A DNA stretch of 64,000 nt from Phoronis australis (Eukaryota > Animalia > Phoronida), in NCBI GenBank assembly GCA_002633005.1, contig NMRA01000012.1, positions 248,001 to 312,000 on the forward strand, in the 5' to 3' direction. Each line of letters opens with the position of its first letter. Position 1 is the first letter of the stretch. The notes under the pieces are model-generated. The model worked only from the letters and a program-made list of their open reading frames with translations. It was not told the DNA's origin and made no database searches. Below, piece by piece: positions 26,601 through 41,600 of the stretch. The translations under genes and the position numbers were made by a program.

Positions 26601-29600
26601 GAAAACCACATTTCAGCTGTGAGTCCACACCAATGTGATAAACGAGAGTAGTTCTACTTGCTGCGTCAGCTGCTGGTATGCTTATCTCTTTTATGACACA
26701 GAATGTGTGACTGGGCAAAGCGTTTTCAAAATAATGTGGATAAATCTGTGGAGTGTGAGACCCCTGACGTCCCTGTCAAGTCCTCACGGCAATTTTACGT
26801 TATGCGACAGTAGTGTAAAACTGAGGCATGTGGTCCACGCATGTGCAGCATTGTAAATACTGCAAAATCAGAGAGGGCGCTGTAGTATTTTTTGGAAGTG
26901 ACGATTAAATATCATAAAAGCTGTGTGCAATGTGATGACATTAAGACATGACTAGTCTCTTACAGCGTTTCCAGATAACTTGGCAATGTCTCTCAGCTTT
27001 GAGAAGACACTAGCAAGTGTCAACTTAGGTGGTGCGAACATAGTGCGCTGGTTACTGCGACTTGCCTGCAAATATATCACGATATTATGAATGAAAAATT
27101 CTGTCATTATTGTCAGTAAATTACGGTTATGTTACTACTCAGTCAAAAAAGTTCCATGACTTTGGTTGAATTGATCAAAAAAGCATATAAAATGGATTAA
27201 TTAAAATATCCATTCATAATAATACAGAAGTCTAAATTCAGGTTTTCATTATTTTGGTTGAACTGCTTAATTAACTCACAAATAGATGAATGAAATAAAA
27301 CACCAATACACTATAGTAGATAAATCTAGATTCAGGTTTTGTGACGTTGGTCAAGCTATTGAATAAGCACAGAAATAAATGAACTAAAATATCCGCTTTT
27401 GGTAAGCAAAAAAACTCGGGTATCTTGTTGGTTTATCACTTGATTAAAATTATCAAACTATCCTTGAATTTTACAAAATGGCAAAAATGTACACACATTA
27501 GGCGTTGAACGTAAATTGAGCATGAAATATAAAACATTCGATCAAAACCAGCAGTTAAAATGTCACTTACACAAATTAGAATTGTCACAATCTAGCATAA
27601 CAAATCTCTGGTGGACACACCTAGCACACATTTGTCTTATGAGCAAAATGTTCAAATTGCTAAGAAATTGCAGACAAAACGTCAGTGGAATCAACGATAC
27701 AAACCTCAGCAACAATTCCCAAATCACCTTTCTCGTGAACATGCGCTTTGACTTTGGCCAGCGACCTTCCTGCGGTAAAGACAAATTCAATATGAACTTC
27801 AGACCAACTATAAGATAAGAACAATGAAAAAGTTTACTGAACAGTATTGCAAGCAAAAATAGTACAAAGGCCATTTTCATTTTTGACAGACCAGAGTGAA
27901 ATTGTCAAGCTTTATGCATGTGCTTTGAAACATCTATTTGACCAGTGAAATTGTTCAACATATCTCCCTACAACGAATCAAATTTCTTTGAACAGACAGC
28001 TTGAACAGTAAAGTTCACCTAAACGCACTGCCCACAAGCAAATGACCCAGATCGATGCTACACAGAGTCCTCTTTGTCAATCAAATGAAAGTTTTTTCAT
28101 CGCATATCTTACCAGTGGCCTCTGAGATGGCTTTCATTAGAACAGTATCTCCCAGACCAAGTTCTAGACCCTCATAGGCCGGGGCTAGTTTATTTAGGCA
28201 CAAGTAGACGGCAGCAATCAGGTCATTGGGACTGAGCACAATCACAGAGCGGAAGAAGTTACATAAGATTTCTACAATCTTCAAACGAGCAGAAGTCTCC
28301 TCGATGAGCTCAAAAGTTCTAGCAATGGCCAGGTATGGAACTCTGAAACATTAGGCAACATTGTATTCAACAGACTTAGCCAAATAGTCCGAGAAACACA
28401 GTCAAAAATGACAATTGTGAAGGGTCTGGTTTTTAAAAATATCCATTCATACACAGAGTACCCCCAGTTTACACACAACTTCATTAAACTAATGATTTGT
28501 AGTTATTTAAAGCAACTCATAAACTTGACCACAGGATCTCAAGAGTTTTTAATGTACCAGAACAAAATAATATGGACAACTTGGCTTTAAATCTTGGGTG
28601 CTGTAAACCTATTTAGAAAGTGCTCGACTTAACCTTGATGTTTTTGAAAACATGTCGGCAAATATAACTTACTTTTGGCCATGGTTCCAACAAGCATCAT
28701 CGATTGGATGGTATTTTGATTTGGCAGGGTTGTACAGTGACTCTTCATCCTTCCCAGAGGTGGCAGCACTGCAAAGATCAAATGATGTGATGGTTTGGGT
28801 AACACTTTGCAGGAATCTAAGTGTTCCAAGGCTATTGATTGTACAATCAGTAACCTTGTGTTACCATGGCAAAAAAATTCAAATCAAATTACTTTGACAA
28901 GACCCAAAACCTTATCCATTAAATGTTTTGATCAACCTATTCCATACTCTTTGAAGATCAGTCTGTAATTAAGAGTAATGTTGCCAATGTCAACTAATTA
29001 CTGACTCCCTTTTAACGCACTTAATGAATGCAATGTAAAGCTTGAAGTTATTACAAAAAATATTGAAGAAACATTTTTCGTGAAATATTTCATTCTATAT
29101 CTACCACTGGGGGACAGATGTCCACCAATGCTGGTCAAACCTCCACAAACCACAAAAACAGAAATTTTCATAACCATTAGCAAAATAATAACAAGGAGTT
29201 AGTTAGTCATTAAGAAAACAGCCCAGGTGTTTGAATTCAATAACCGTCCACGGAAAGCAAACTTTATCAATTTGGTTTCTTCACTCTGGTGCAAAATTAG
29301 GAAAGTCATTTTGAAACTTCTGATATAGGTATGAAATAGACATGTATTTTGATATTCAACAAATTACACATGGCACTGTCTCTGTGACATAATACAACAT
29401 ATCTTGAGAAAACCCGAGCAAGCCAGCTGTATTCACACTCATTCATGAATCTTGTCAGTGAATGACTAAGAGCTGTTTATAGATAAATATACTGAGTTGC
29501 AATAACAAAGGATTATAAATCTGCCAATGTATGGTCAATGAAAGTACAAGTAAGTTATTGGTGGCAGTCCATTTTCATGCAGACCAGCTAAGTAACAAGC

Positions 29601-32600
29601 CTTCAGCCAACAGATGGAGAAGCAGGTCAGGATTAAATGAAAGGATTGTGTATTAGAACCCAATTCACAGTGATACATGGAGATGAGCCTGGGCAAAGAT
29701 TGGCAGTGGTGGCTGGTAAGTAAATTAATGAAATAATGAGCTGCTTTCCAGATGGGACTGATTACTACATTTAACTACAATCATGTATGTAAATGTGGTA
29801 TACCAGTTAAACAATAATTAAGTCGATAGACAGGTATTAAACCTTGGTAATAAAATGTATAAAGAACAATTAAGGGTGGATGTCTATCACAATATTTCAA
29901 GATGGGACTTTTTATTTTGGCGCTCTCTAGAATGACAGCACGAAAGTGACTTCCGCCTGATCCCGACTCAGATATGGTGGACAGGAATTCAATTACCACA
30001 CAGTGGTTCTTTAATTTAAAAGCAGAGGAATAAATTCCATTGTCAGTCCCTCCCACTGCTTGATCAGTTTAAACTTACCAATTAATTTTAGCTTTTTGAC
30101 ACCGCCAACGATCGAAATTCTCTCACTTTATCATCCACAACCATTGACTTTGTTACGGACTCTTCTTCACAATGAGAAACGTGTGGAACATGATGACGTT
30201 GCTCATTCATTGATAATTTAAAAGGTTTACCATTTTTCTGTAAGCATCAGTAGGAAAGGCGTGAAAACAATTTTTATGCCAGTAGGTTGAAACCTCCCGT
30301 CTGCATTACATGGGATCTGTAGGTGGTGTTGAACGCCTGTCTACCAAATACCTGATCACCATATGGCGGGACAGTGAATTTCAATATGATGCGGCTATTT
30401 TGAAAATCAGCTGTTCACAGCAGGAACCTTCCTCACCTGAGGTAAAAGGGTGCTAATTTTTGGTTGAGAGGAAAATCAAACATACATTCCATAGAACATA
30501 CATCAACAGATCAGAATAAATTTTTCCATTAAATAATTTATTTAGAATAAAACAAAATCCTAACAATTGATGTTCTGAAAAATAACCAATAACTATTATT
30601 TACTTTACCATCAAAAGAAAAATAAAAAAGGGTACTGACTGTTGTTTGTGCAGTAAGTAGCAGGTTTGCATTTATAGACTTTTGCAGTGAAGATTATCAC
30701 CACCCACAGTGGAGATTAACAGATTGTCCCTTCCCTGGGCATCAACAACATTTTTTGTTCACATCAGTGAGCAGTTTGAACCACATTACTAAAAGAATGC
30801 TTCTTTTTCATGTAAACAATACGGTAGTCTTAGAATTAAAATGATTAAAAAAAGAAACGAGACACCATGAGAAACACACCAGGTTTTTAATAAAATCAAT
30901 CAGTAGGAAAAGAAATTTTCACTCAACTGAAAGCGATATCCAGGCTTAATATTTAAAATAGGTTGGCAATTACATACCACGTACAAAAAGAGTATTAAAA
31001 ATCTATGTGACAGAGAATTTATTAGATTTTTTGTTGAAACTACTTTAAAAAAGATTGACTTCAGTTACAGAATTTTTCCAAAAGAAAAACTGAATTTTCT
31101 TGCATTCAAGTGAACATATTGCATGTAGTAACTTTGTACAAGAAGACGAGGGAGACAATAAGGACAATGATAAAACCCCTCTAATATTACCAACACCTCA
31201 GTCATACTGCAATATACCGTAATCGTTCAGGTTAACGCCCTGGGCGGTTAAATTGGCGAATCCAAAAAATCGGGGGAGGGCGGTTAACCGAGCAGTGGGC
31301 GGTTAAATCGAAAATCCACCTAAAGTAGGGGATGGGCGGTTAACCGAACATGGGCGCTTATTAGGACAGACAACCGCCCTGGGCGGTTAATCTTACCTGG
31401 CGATCTAAATCCCGACACGACAATCATACTCGGAACGCGTAGCCCTTTTCAAAGAGCTTTATCGTCACGTCGCCAAATGACTGTGAAAACGTCATAACAG
31501 CGGATGATCCCAACAAAGGTTCTCTTGCCCTCAGATTAGTCATTCACTATTAAATTTACAAAATTGCTGAGTAATAGCCCCGTGCCGTCCTGCGGTGCGC
31601 AGACGACCAGTGACCACGCAGCCTCCACTAGAATTAAAACTGTTTCAAGATGTGACCCTGCTTAAGTGCGCGCGTGCAAGCTTCACGTGTTGCAGAGGTC
31701 AGACATCAAATTTATGGTTACAGTCTCGTACTATATGTAGCTGTCAAGTTCTGAGTCAGAGAGCAGTTTTAAAATTGGTTGTAATAAAAGTTTGAAAAAC
31801 TTAACTCTGTTTTTTTTTGTGTTTGGGATGTTATAGTCGACACTCCGTGACTCAATGACATTTTCAGCGTATGGTTCTGCGGCTAGCTGTCTTATCTCGA
31901 CAGCCCGGCATTGCTCTCTTGCCGTTGCGCCAAACATGCTATGCAAAGAAGTAAGACAAGGATCGGGGGTGGTCGAGCCAGTCGTCGATCAAGAATAAAA
32001 TTTCAAGCAACTGCATAAATATGTTACAAAATGTCAGAAAACAGCAATGTTTCAATTCATTATTCTAAACGATCACCTTACCAAACTTCGTGGTGGAAAA
32101 ACATTTATTTTTCATGCAAGATGTCCAGATTATCCTATTTATATCACTTGTAATATCGCACTGCGGCACTGTTCGGTCCCGCTGTTATCGCGCAATGTCT
32201 CAGTCGGCTGACAATCGTGACTTGGAAATGCCGTCAAGTAATATAACGGCCTCTTTCAATATGCATCTCGTTTTTTATGGCCAAAGATAGTGGCGGTATT
32301 CAGCACGCACGTAGGGCCTACGTGTGAGTCACCTGTCAATCACATGTTGGTGTCAAGGTAACATGCACTCCAAAGTGTGGGAACTTGCGCACGTGCACCA
32401 CTACAAATCAGTCACACATAGCGACAGTCCGACGAAGTAACAAAAACGGGCGTGACTATGTACTTTTAAGCTGTTGTTACGAAAGACCCAGTTCTTTACG
32501 ATATTCCTCCGTTGCCAATGTTCCCCAAAACTGCGATGTCAAGTCTATTCCCATATTTCCCGGCTCGATGCTCCCTAAGCCCATCCCTGTAACTAGCTGC

Positions 32601-35600
32601 GTGAATCTCCTACCCACTATCGTCAAGCAGTCTACGTCGTAGATATTTCAGACTCGAATGGTAAGAATTTTTGTTCAGGCTGAAAATGGCCAATGTATAA
32701 ACAAAATTATTCTGGATGGCTAAAAAGGGGATGTGGAAACGATAATTCACACAGTCACGCTTACGTGGGGGCTGACGCAAGAAATAGTAAAGAACAGCCA
32801 GCGACATTAGTTAAATCTGCTAACCAGTTTGACTGAGATGCAATAAGCGAAAAACAAAATTTGACTAGCCGTTTTTTATTACTTCAAGATCATACACAAA
32901 CATACATTATTGCCAACGTTTGAATTCAGAAATCGACAGGCAGCAACGAAATCGGTAACCCAGTAAGGCACTTGTACTGTCCCTTCGGTCGCCCCACATC
33001 CTCTATAACCCGGCAGTTATATTCATCAAAATATTGAGAATTTGACATCTTTCCGTGAGTTGTGAGATTTGTTCAAAATACGAGAGCTTCCCACCTTAAT
33101 AGAATTTGGAGGGTTGGCAAAACCATTGTCACATTTCTCTGGCCTGATTTTTTCGAATATATGTTTTATCTAGTGCACTGCAGACGGAAACTCAGCGCGG
33201 CAGACAAAGTCGCTGAAAGCGGAGGTTTTGACGCCGGCGGCGTTCTTAAACTTTGCAAACAAGGGAAGAAAATAAAGTGACAAAAAGGTTCAAGTATTAT
33301 GTTTTGAAGTGAGTTCATAACCCAAGACAATAACTCGTTACCTGTATTGTAATTCAGAGTGCTAAACCACCGTCTCGGAGTCCCGACGTCTTTGCACTCT
33401 TTGTGATCGTCGATCTTTTTCTAAAAGTCGCGGAATCGCGCGTTTCCTTAGCACTTGGCGCTAAATCTTCATTCTTTAAAAGTCGGGGATGGGCGCTTAA
33501 CCGAGAGGTGGGCGCTTAACTGGAAATCTTCAAAAATCGCAGGGGGCGCTTAACCGAGCAGTGGGCGGTTAATTCGAAAATCCACTTAAAGTCGGTGATG
33601 GGCGGTTAACTGAGCATGGGCGTTAACCCGAACGATTACGGTACCTACAATACAATCCACCAATTTCAGACAACACCAATTGCCCAAATTACCCTTTGCT
33701 TTTCAAGGTCTGCTAGCATTGCTGTGAATGCCCATAATTTTTCAAATCATTTCCTGAAGGTAACTATCATGGTAACTATGGTACAGAGCTTGGGAAACGG
33801 TAATTTATGCTATATATCTTATGAAAAAAATTGAAAATAAAATTTCACTTACCCTATTGTGTCCTAAAGTGGTGACAAGTTTCCGTACTTTCTAATACTT
33901 GGCTAATCATAGGAGTGATTGAAATCAAACACAGAAATAAATGTAACCTTTTGAATGTTTATTGACAACATATCTGCCACTATTATGACGCGATTTGGAC
34001 CCACAAATAAGAATAGAAATGAAGTCACATCACATCATAAAATATTCTCAGGTTTTATATTTTCCTCCATTCAGATTATCACAGAGCTGTTTAAACGCTT
34101 GAAACTTTTACGAAATTATGTATTTGAATTAATGGGGGTGCGCGGACAATGATTGCACCCATTGTATGCTGCAGTGGAGTTGAGAAGGATTAAAATTGAC
34201 CAGGTACATTGACCAGGTACATAGCCAGGTAATAAGTGTCACAGTGACTAGCAATGAGCAGCACTAGGTAAATCTGGCCACATTATTATTCCTGTTTTTG
34301 GCATTATTTGAATAGGACCAACAAATCAAAATGGCGTCATATCAAACACTCGAACAAGTCAATTCATGAAATTGTAATGTTTGTAAAATTCATGTGCCAA
34401 CAAAATTTGACACGTCACGAGCTACTTATACAAAAGACTAACGGTTCAACAATGTAATGAATCTTTCTAATAGATCTTAAAGGCCCAAGTTTGAAAACGT
34501 ATTTTCTTAAGCATGAAATAAAGTGACAGCAATGAAAGTTTTCAATATAAGCCATGATAGAATAATACAATATAAGCCATGATAGAATAATACAATTAGC
34601 TTCGGCTCACTATGAGGGTATCATTTACAGCTAGGAGAGACAGTGTTGTCAAATTGGTAAAAGTATAGGAAAGGCATTATTTAAGGATACATTTTCATAG
34701 CTGTAGGTCACTCAGAAAATAACAGATGAACAAAAGGCACAAAACCCAATACGGCATGACAAGTAAGGTCTAATTTCTGATAATTGGAAATATAATGGAA
34801 GCCTGTTTTGAGGTGATAAACCTATCTAGTAGATGCATGGATTATGCAAAACCATACAGTAAGTACTAAAATCATGACTATTTTCTTCTTTTAAGAATGA
34901 AATTATGAATGAACAGATTATTAAGAATACTTCTAAATAGTCATGTGTGGAATATTGTACAATTATTGACATTCACCAAGGTTGATATGTTGATTTTCAC
35001 ACCCCGAAAATAACATTATGACTGAGGTTGAGTTGAGGTGACATTATCATATTTTGGGGTCTCAAATCCAAACAAGTGTGAAAGTCAATAAATGGCAATA
35101 TGAATGATGTTTGGGCTTTTGATTGTCTGTCGATCACTTGTTCAGTTACTCAGCTATAGGTTTTTACCAAAAAAACTAAAGATTTTACATAAACTTCCTG
35201 GAGATGTTTGGAATGGACAAAGGAAAATAAATAAACAAATATTTTGGGAAAGATATCGTATTTGGGGTCATACAACAGTCGATCTTATAGCAAAACAATG
35301 AACAAAGATCATTTGGCTGCATCAATCCAATCGCAAGCTGCATGTCATCACAATCAGAATCCACGCAAACGAGATATACAGCAGGTCAGTGAAAATTTTA
35401 GTTTCAGAAAACACACTTTTTGTAAAATAACATGATGGTGGGAGGTGCAATGCCTTGATGCAGGTTTCCATTCACTAGGGGTTTTTTATTTTACGGTTAA
35501 TGTTTAAATACAAAAGTGAAGCAAGAATATCGAAGACATAAAAAGGCTTAAACGACTTTTGGTGACACCTGGTAAAGCACTGGTAAAGTCAAGGCTTGCA

Positions 35601-38600
35601 AAATGAGCGAGAACAGGCTTGAATAGTGATCAAATTAAAGAAAAAAAAATGTAAAACAAAATTTGAAACAGCATTACCATAGTATCAGTCAATATTCCGA
35701 TTTATTGACTCTGAAATACTGGTTTATATCTGCATAAATCTGTTCAAATTGCCATATTTCCTGTATGCACGATCTTTGAAATTGCACTGCATTGCATTTG
35801 AAGCATAGAACAAAAGCCTAGATTCTTCAGTGCAGTTTGTATATGTATTTGTAGCAATTACTGACTTGCAAATTAGAGCAACGTGCTTTATGTCGTTTTA
35901 TGTCACCTTAGCTTCCCTTGTTTGATCTGATAACTATTAGTCATGTTCCTGCTAAATACCATGGTTTTTCAACTGGTGTATAACTAATGTCACACTAGCA
36001 CAATAATTTGAAGATTTCGCCTATGACACAGCCTGCTGTTGTTTTTCAAATAAATCGCAGGTCATTTGTCGGCTCGTAAAGATCGACATCACAGATAACT
36101 AGTGCCCATTATAATTTACGCTTTAGGTGGCGAGACTTACCTTCAGCGTGATTGGATGACATATGCCTTGAGATCTTTCAGGCAAAAGATTTACTAATCT
36201 ATGCATTTATTTGACATAATCTCAGGCTCACTTTCAACCTTTCCTTTTTCTATCATGGTTGCCTTTGTCATGCTCATGCTAAAACCATGTTGCAGCGGCT
36301 GTTCTCTACATTATGGTGACTTCAAGTGACAGGGGTTCTTTTCCACAGCACAGTATACACATCACCAAGGTGATAAGCTAACAACTGTCCCTACAGCAGC
36401 TCCTTTGATGACCCCCCAGTTATCCTGTTTTAAAACAGCCCATTAACACTGCAGCCTTAAGTATATCTTTCAAACAAGGACCAAAATCAATACAGACACC
36501 ATGTCTAAGTTCTATGTCACCTTATCGGCTGAGAACACCCTTGACTTGGATAAATAAGACACTGGAGTCATGTTTAATAAAACATGAGAAAATTGGTAAC
36601 TGTATTTTCTAAAATTTTGGCATTTTGTCAATAATTTACAAACAAATGGGTTTTTCATTTACTTTAACAGCAAGTAGATTGAAAATTACATAACCTGGTT
36701 CTAAAAATATTAGCATAGTAAGATCATTAAACAATCTGGGCATTGTATAGACACCAATAACCCATGAACCTACGCATCACAGATTTTGTCTTCTGTAAGG
36801 CATATTTTATTAGCAATTTCACATTTTTATACATTCCTTTTACTAAATTATGAACCTGTTTTAGAAAATATAGCTTAACTACGCACAAAATACTTAAAAA
36901 GTGTACTTCCCCATGTTTAGCTGGCTAAAAAACGAAAATTGAAATGGGTCTTTTACTCTCATAAAATTGGTCTTATATTTCTGACCGTGATAGGATTGCA
37001 CTTCCGTTATCACAAGAACAACGAAACCATCAGCGACTCCATAAAACGTGTCAAACTTTATTGGGGTTCGCCAACTCTAAAACTGCGAATTCCGAAAAGA
37101 AGTGTGTAATCCGTGGCCCGTGACATCAGTTGGAAACAAAATTGGACACAGTGAGGAATATTATTTTATAAGAGTAAAAGGTCAAATTAAACATTTCCTA
37201 TGGGGCAAAGAGCAGTTTTCATTTTTAACTTAGATTTCTTTTCCAATAAAAAGTATAACTTTCACATAGGCAAAATCGGTTGCCATAGAAATATCCAGAA
37301 GACCATAGGCCTTCTGACATCTTAACATTTTCTTAACGTGCAACTTATAGACGCTAATTAGTTTCAGATACTAATAATAATGAAAGAACCCCAGCAAAAG
37401 TTGGTCACATACCAAATCCTTCTAGGTTAAAGATAATTGACATTCCATGAGAGAATAGCCATGAACCGATCTAGATGCCACTGATACAATTCTTTATCTT
37501 TTAAATTGCAGTAAAAAGAACATAGGTGAATAAATCAGAAATATTAATCTCAATAATAGTGTCAGGGTCATGACAAGATTAAATATCGCAGAAGTCCAAG
37601 AAGGAATAACACTTGACAACCACTGACCAGGGGACAACTTAGGTAAACAATTCTATATAAAGAAAAATACAAGTGGAAATTCAGTGAATAACATTGATAT
37701 AATAGAAAGTTTAATAAGTGCATTGACTGAATTCAGGTATAAAATTCTATTGTTTGGTTCTGCTGGCACAGGCAGCCTGATTAAAAGGTTAGAAAAATGA
37801 AGGTACACATGCACAAATCAGTAGCTTGGTGCCTAATTAAGAAAAACAGTTTCCATAGCTGTCAGGAACCACTAAGAAACGAGCCTATGTAACTGTTTTG
37901 ATCGCAAGGAAATTAGGTGCTAAACCTGGTCGATCGTTACAAGTGATAATGACTTAAACATAGGTACCTGAGTGCACAGGTAGAAAACAAGGTGTTGCAT
38001 GCAACTCTAGTCAGACCGTGCAGGCAATGAATAAGAAGCAATAACTTGGACGTGACGAGACAAGCCAGCGGCCATGTTGAACAATAAAGAGGTAAAGTTG
38101 GGCTATATCTGTGACTACAAAATAGCAAATGTGTGAAAAATAAAAAATGTGTAATTTTGATATATGCCTGAAATAGGAAAGATAAAGTAGAGTAGTGCAG
38201 GACTGTAGATGACTGACAGATGTTCCAAAAAGTGTTATTTTTGAATATTTTGAAAAGTAATTTATGGCGGTAATGTTGACAAAAGCAAAAGGAATGCATT
38301 TTGGTTACACAAGGGAGGAAATATGAAAAACGAGAAACAAATGAGATAGGAAAATGCTAACACGCAAGGAATGGATTATCTTATCAATAAATTTTGGATA
38401 AAATGATAAAATTAACGTTCAGGTTTTAATAGAACAAAAAGATGACAAGAATAGACATCTGAGGCCTACTTTAATTCTTGTGTGTACAATGAAAAGCAAA
38501 GCTAGCACTTGATAAGAGAGTTTATTAAACACTATGGCAACTACAAATTTTTGTTAGTTTTTCTGTGGCTGTTTGCATTGATAAGAATCAAACAACTTGG

Positions 38601-41600
38601 CCGTTAACAAAAATACAAAGGAACTCTTGAATATAACACCATTCACACTTATCGAGTGTTCACAAACAGACAGCATCTATTTGATTTAGGCCGCTTTTAT
38701 AACTACAATAAAGTGGCGTGTCACGGATATACTCAGAATATATTCCCTGGTAGAATGGTGATAAAAAGTGTCCATGAGGTGGATGGAGAAAGCAACCTCA
38801 ATGCGCATTACTTTTGTTAGAAATGAAGGTAAGCAGATTCAATAGGAGACAGGTGATAACACTTGAATATCAATGAACCAGTTTGACATCAAATCATTGT
38901 AAACGTATTTTAGTGTCCACCTTTCAATGTCATATTTATATAGCCCTAAATTTGTGTGTGTTCAGAGCAACTTAAAGGCTATGTAGGACTTCGTCAACAT
39001 GTCTGTATTTAACTGAGTATCTACAAAATTATAAATTTTAACTTGATAAAGTACATATTTTCTGAAAGTAGAAAGCGTGTAGAATTTGATGATTGACTTT
39101 ATATCAACCTGCAATGATTGAGTCAAGCGAACACATTTTTTACAGAAATTTTGCAAAAAAAAAATAAAAGTACTTGCAGGTAGTCTGGTACACGTTGTAC
39201 AAGACGTGTGCTAGCCGCTCAGGTGGGCCAATTGCACTGATCACCTGAAACTATTTTTATGCTTTATATATAGTTTAAATTGAGTTGAGGAGATAGAGAC
39301 TTGACTAAAGGGTCTAAAGGCTTTTTCATGTTGACTTAACTTCGGTCTGAGTGGAGCATCGATGTAAACTGTGAAGTTAACAAAACCATACATGCTAGCT
39401 TCGGTAGTTAACGAACATCGAAATAAATGGTAGGTGATGCTGTTGTCATCGAAGTAATCGCAAGGTAACGCTACACGCTATGGTTTTTAAATGTGACAAT
39501 TTGGGAACATTTACATATGCTAATTAACATAAAATTTACTTGTAATTCCATTGGTGATTATTCGAGCAAAATACAATAACTAACAGCAACTACACTACGC
39601 TTTAATTGTTGACGGTAACAGTCATGTGGCACCCGGCGATAACTTCGATGTGACCAAAGTTGACCGTTCATATTGCACCGCAGCCTCGATGCTCTGATGT
39701 TAAATCCACATGTTTATTATGAAGTTAACTGGTGCTGTTAACTTCGATCCAGGACCGAAGTTAACCGTTCATACAGACCGCAACTTCTCAAAACATCGAT
39801 GCGTTGATGTTAGTATGAAAGGTCCTTAACAGTGTGTCCCAGTGGGACTCAAACCCACGTAGCTGAGTAAGGAAGCAAACACTTATCCCACAAGGCCACA
39901 CAGCCTTCTCACAACAAATAAAGGTACAACCACTGTGAAACTATAGAACTAATAACATGACCAAATTTCGTTAAATGTTCAAGATGAATTCCCAAAAATG
40001 TTGTAGCAGATATCATTTCGTTTTTACTTTTTAAAGCAACCTTTGAGTTTTTTCATAATAACTTTAAGTCATATTATTGATAGCCCTAATACAAAAAAGG
40101 GACATCATTTTAAAAATTTTCTATAGTGGTTTGGAAACCTTGTATCTGAGAACTTCATATGAATCCAAACAGCCATTTCTGAGATATGTTTTGGACATAT
40201 TCAATGGTCCTGTATAACCTTTAAATAAAGTAACATTGCGACCCTTCTCATGGACAGCTAAAAACTGATGCACATGCATCTCAGAGAAAAATAATTATGC
40301 GCTGTACTTTCCAGCAACTTGGTTGCACTAAATGTGTTTCATATACAGTGATGAGGGTGATTTTCCACAATCCATTACACAGACGATTTCAGATGCTATT
40401 CATAAAAAGGTCAACAGATGGCATCTAGATGTTTGATTTCATTCAGCTGTGGGCACCTTTCAAAACACGGTAGAAAAGCTGATGAAAGCACAGTGCAGTT
40501 CTGCGGGCATTATTTCTTTCCGTCATTTTGGTCATTGCCATGGCCTGTAGAGTAAAGGCTTCTTTCCACTCAAACTCATTACTAGTGACCCATAGATATC
40601 AATAGTAACGTAAACTTGTGGTATGTCCATTGGCTGCAGTACTAAACCAACTGGTTATACTGAAGCCAGCATCAGTGGAGTGAGTGCCAGTTGGCACAAC
40701 GATTTTATGTATGTGTGATTTTTAAACTATGAAGAGTAGAGTACATATTCAGAAAATGACTGAAATGAAATTCTTACACAAGTAAAATGGCAAATATTTG
40801 AACAAAATAGTAGCAAAACTTTTACACAACTCATGCCGTTGTTGACAGCGACATCTACTGTTGTTGACAGCGATATCTACTGTTGTTGACAGCGATATCT
40901 ACTGTTGTTGACAGCGATATCTACTAAAGATAACTAAGACGACAGCCATGTTAAACATTCCCACTGTAGCGATGCCCTAACACTGCAGCACTGCTTACTT
41001 GGAAGAAAACTTGGGTCTTAAACTACAACCCAAGACCCAATTCAAGAGTTCCCACTGACTGAATCGCTCTCCTAACACCGAAATTTCACCGTTAATGGGA
41101 AAGGTCCTTAAAAACAGAAGGTCGTAATACGAATAATGTTTATAAGCTTGGGAGAACACTTCCATATCATATTGCAACTAAATACCTTAAGTCATTTAAT
41201 ACATGAGCTGCAGAGTCAATAGACAAAAGCTTTGACAATCACCTTCCTTATAATTACAGCCATTAATAGCAGGCCGTCTTCCATTGAACATACAGAATAG
41301 AGAATCCTTGAGGCGAAACCAGATGGAACTTTACCTACATGTTTTAGAACAATAACCTAAGAGCAAATCTGTGTACTGTGAACTTGATCATAATCACATG
41401 GCCTATCACTACTTGTGTTGGACTGTCTCTGATTGTTAACATCTGAAATTTATTTTATGATTCAATAGTTTGTGCCAAGTGTAACTGAGCCGATATCATT
41501 TGGTCATAAGAAAAGGATTTACTGTGACCAGTTGACCGCACCATATAAGTTCCCTGTGATGCCTTCTGTGAATTTTGTGACCACAGTGCTAATTCATTAA

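Noticed and set aside
36141-36424. Minus-strand segment with a good acceptor and a GTAAGT donor as a LIG1 exon
   Set aside because: Stops occur in all three frames; at most a cryptic or non-coding exon.
36895-37260. Inverted pair CTTTTACTCTCATAAAAT / ATTTTATAAGAGTAAAAG suggesting a MITE
   Set aside because: Termini and target duplication could not be defined, so it was not listed as a feature.
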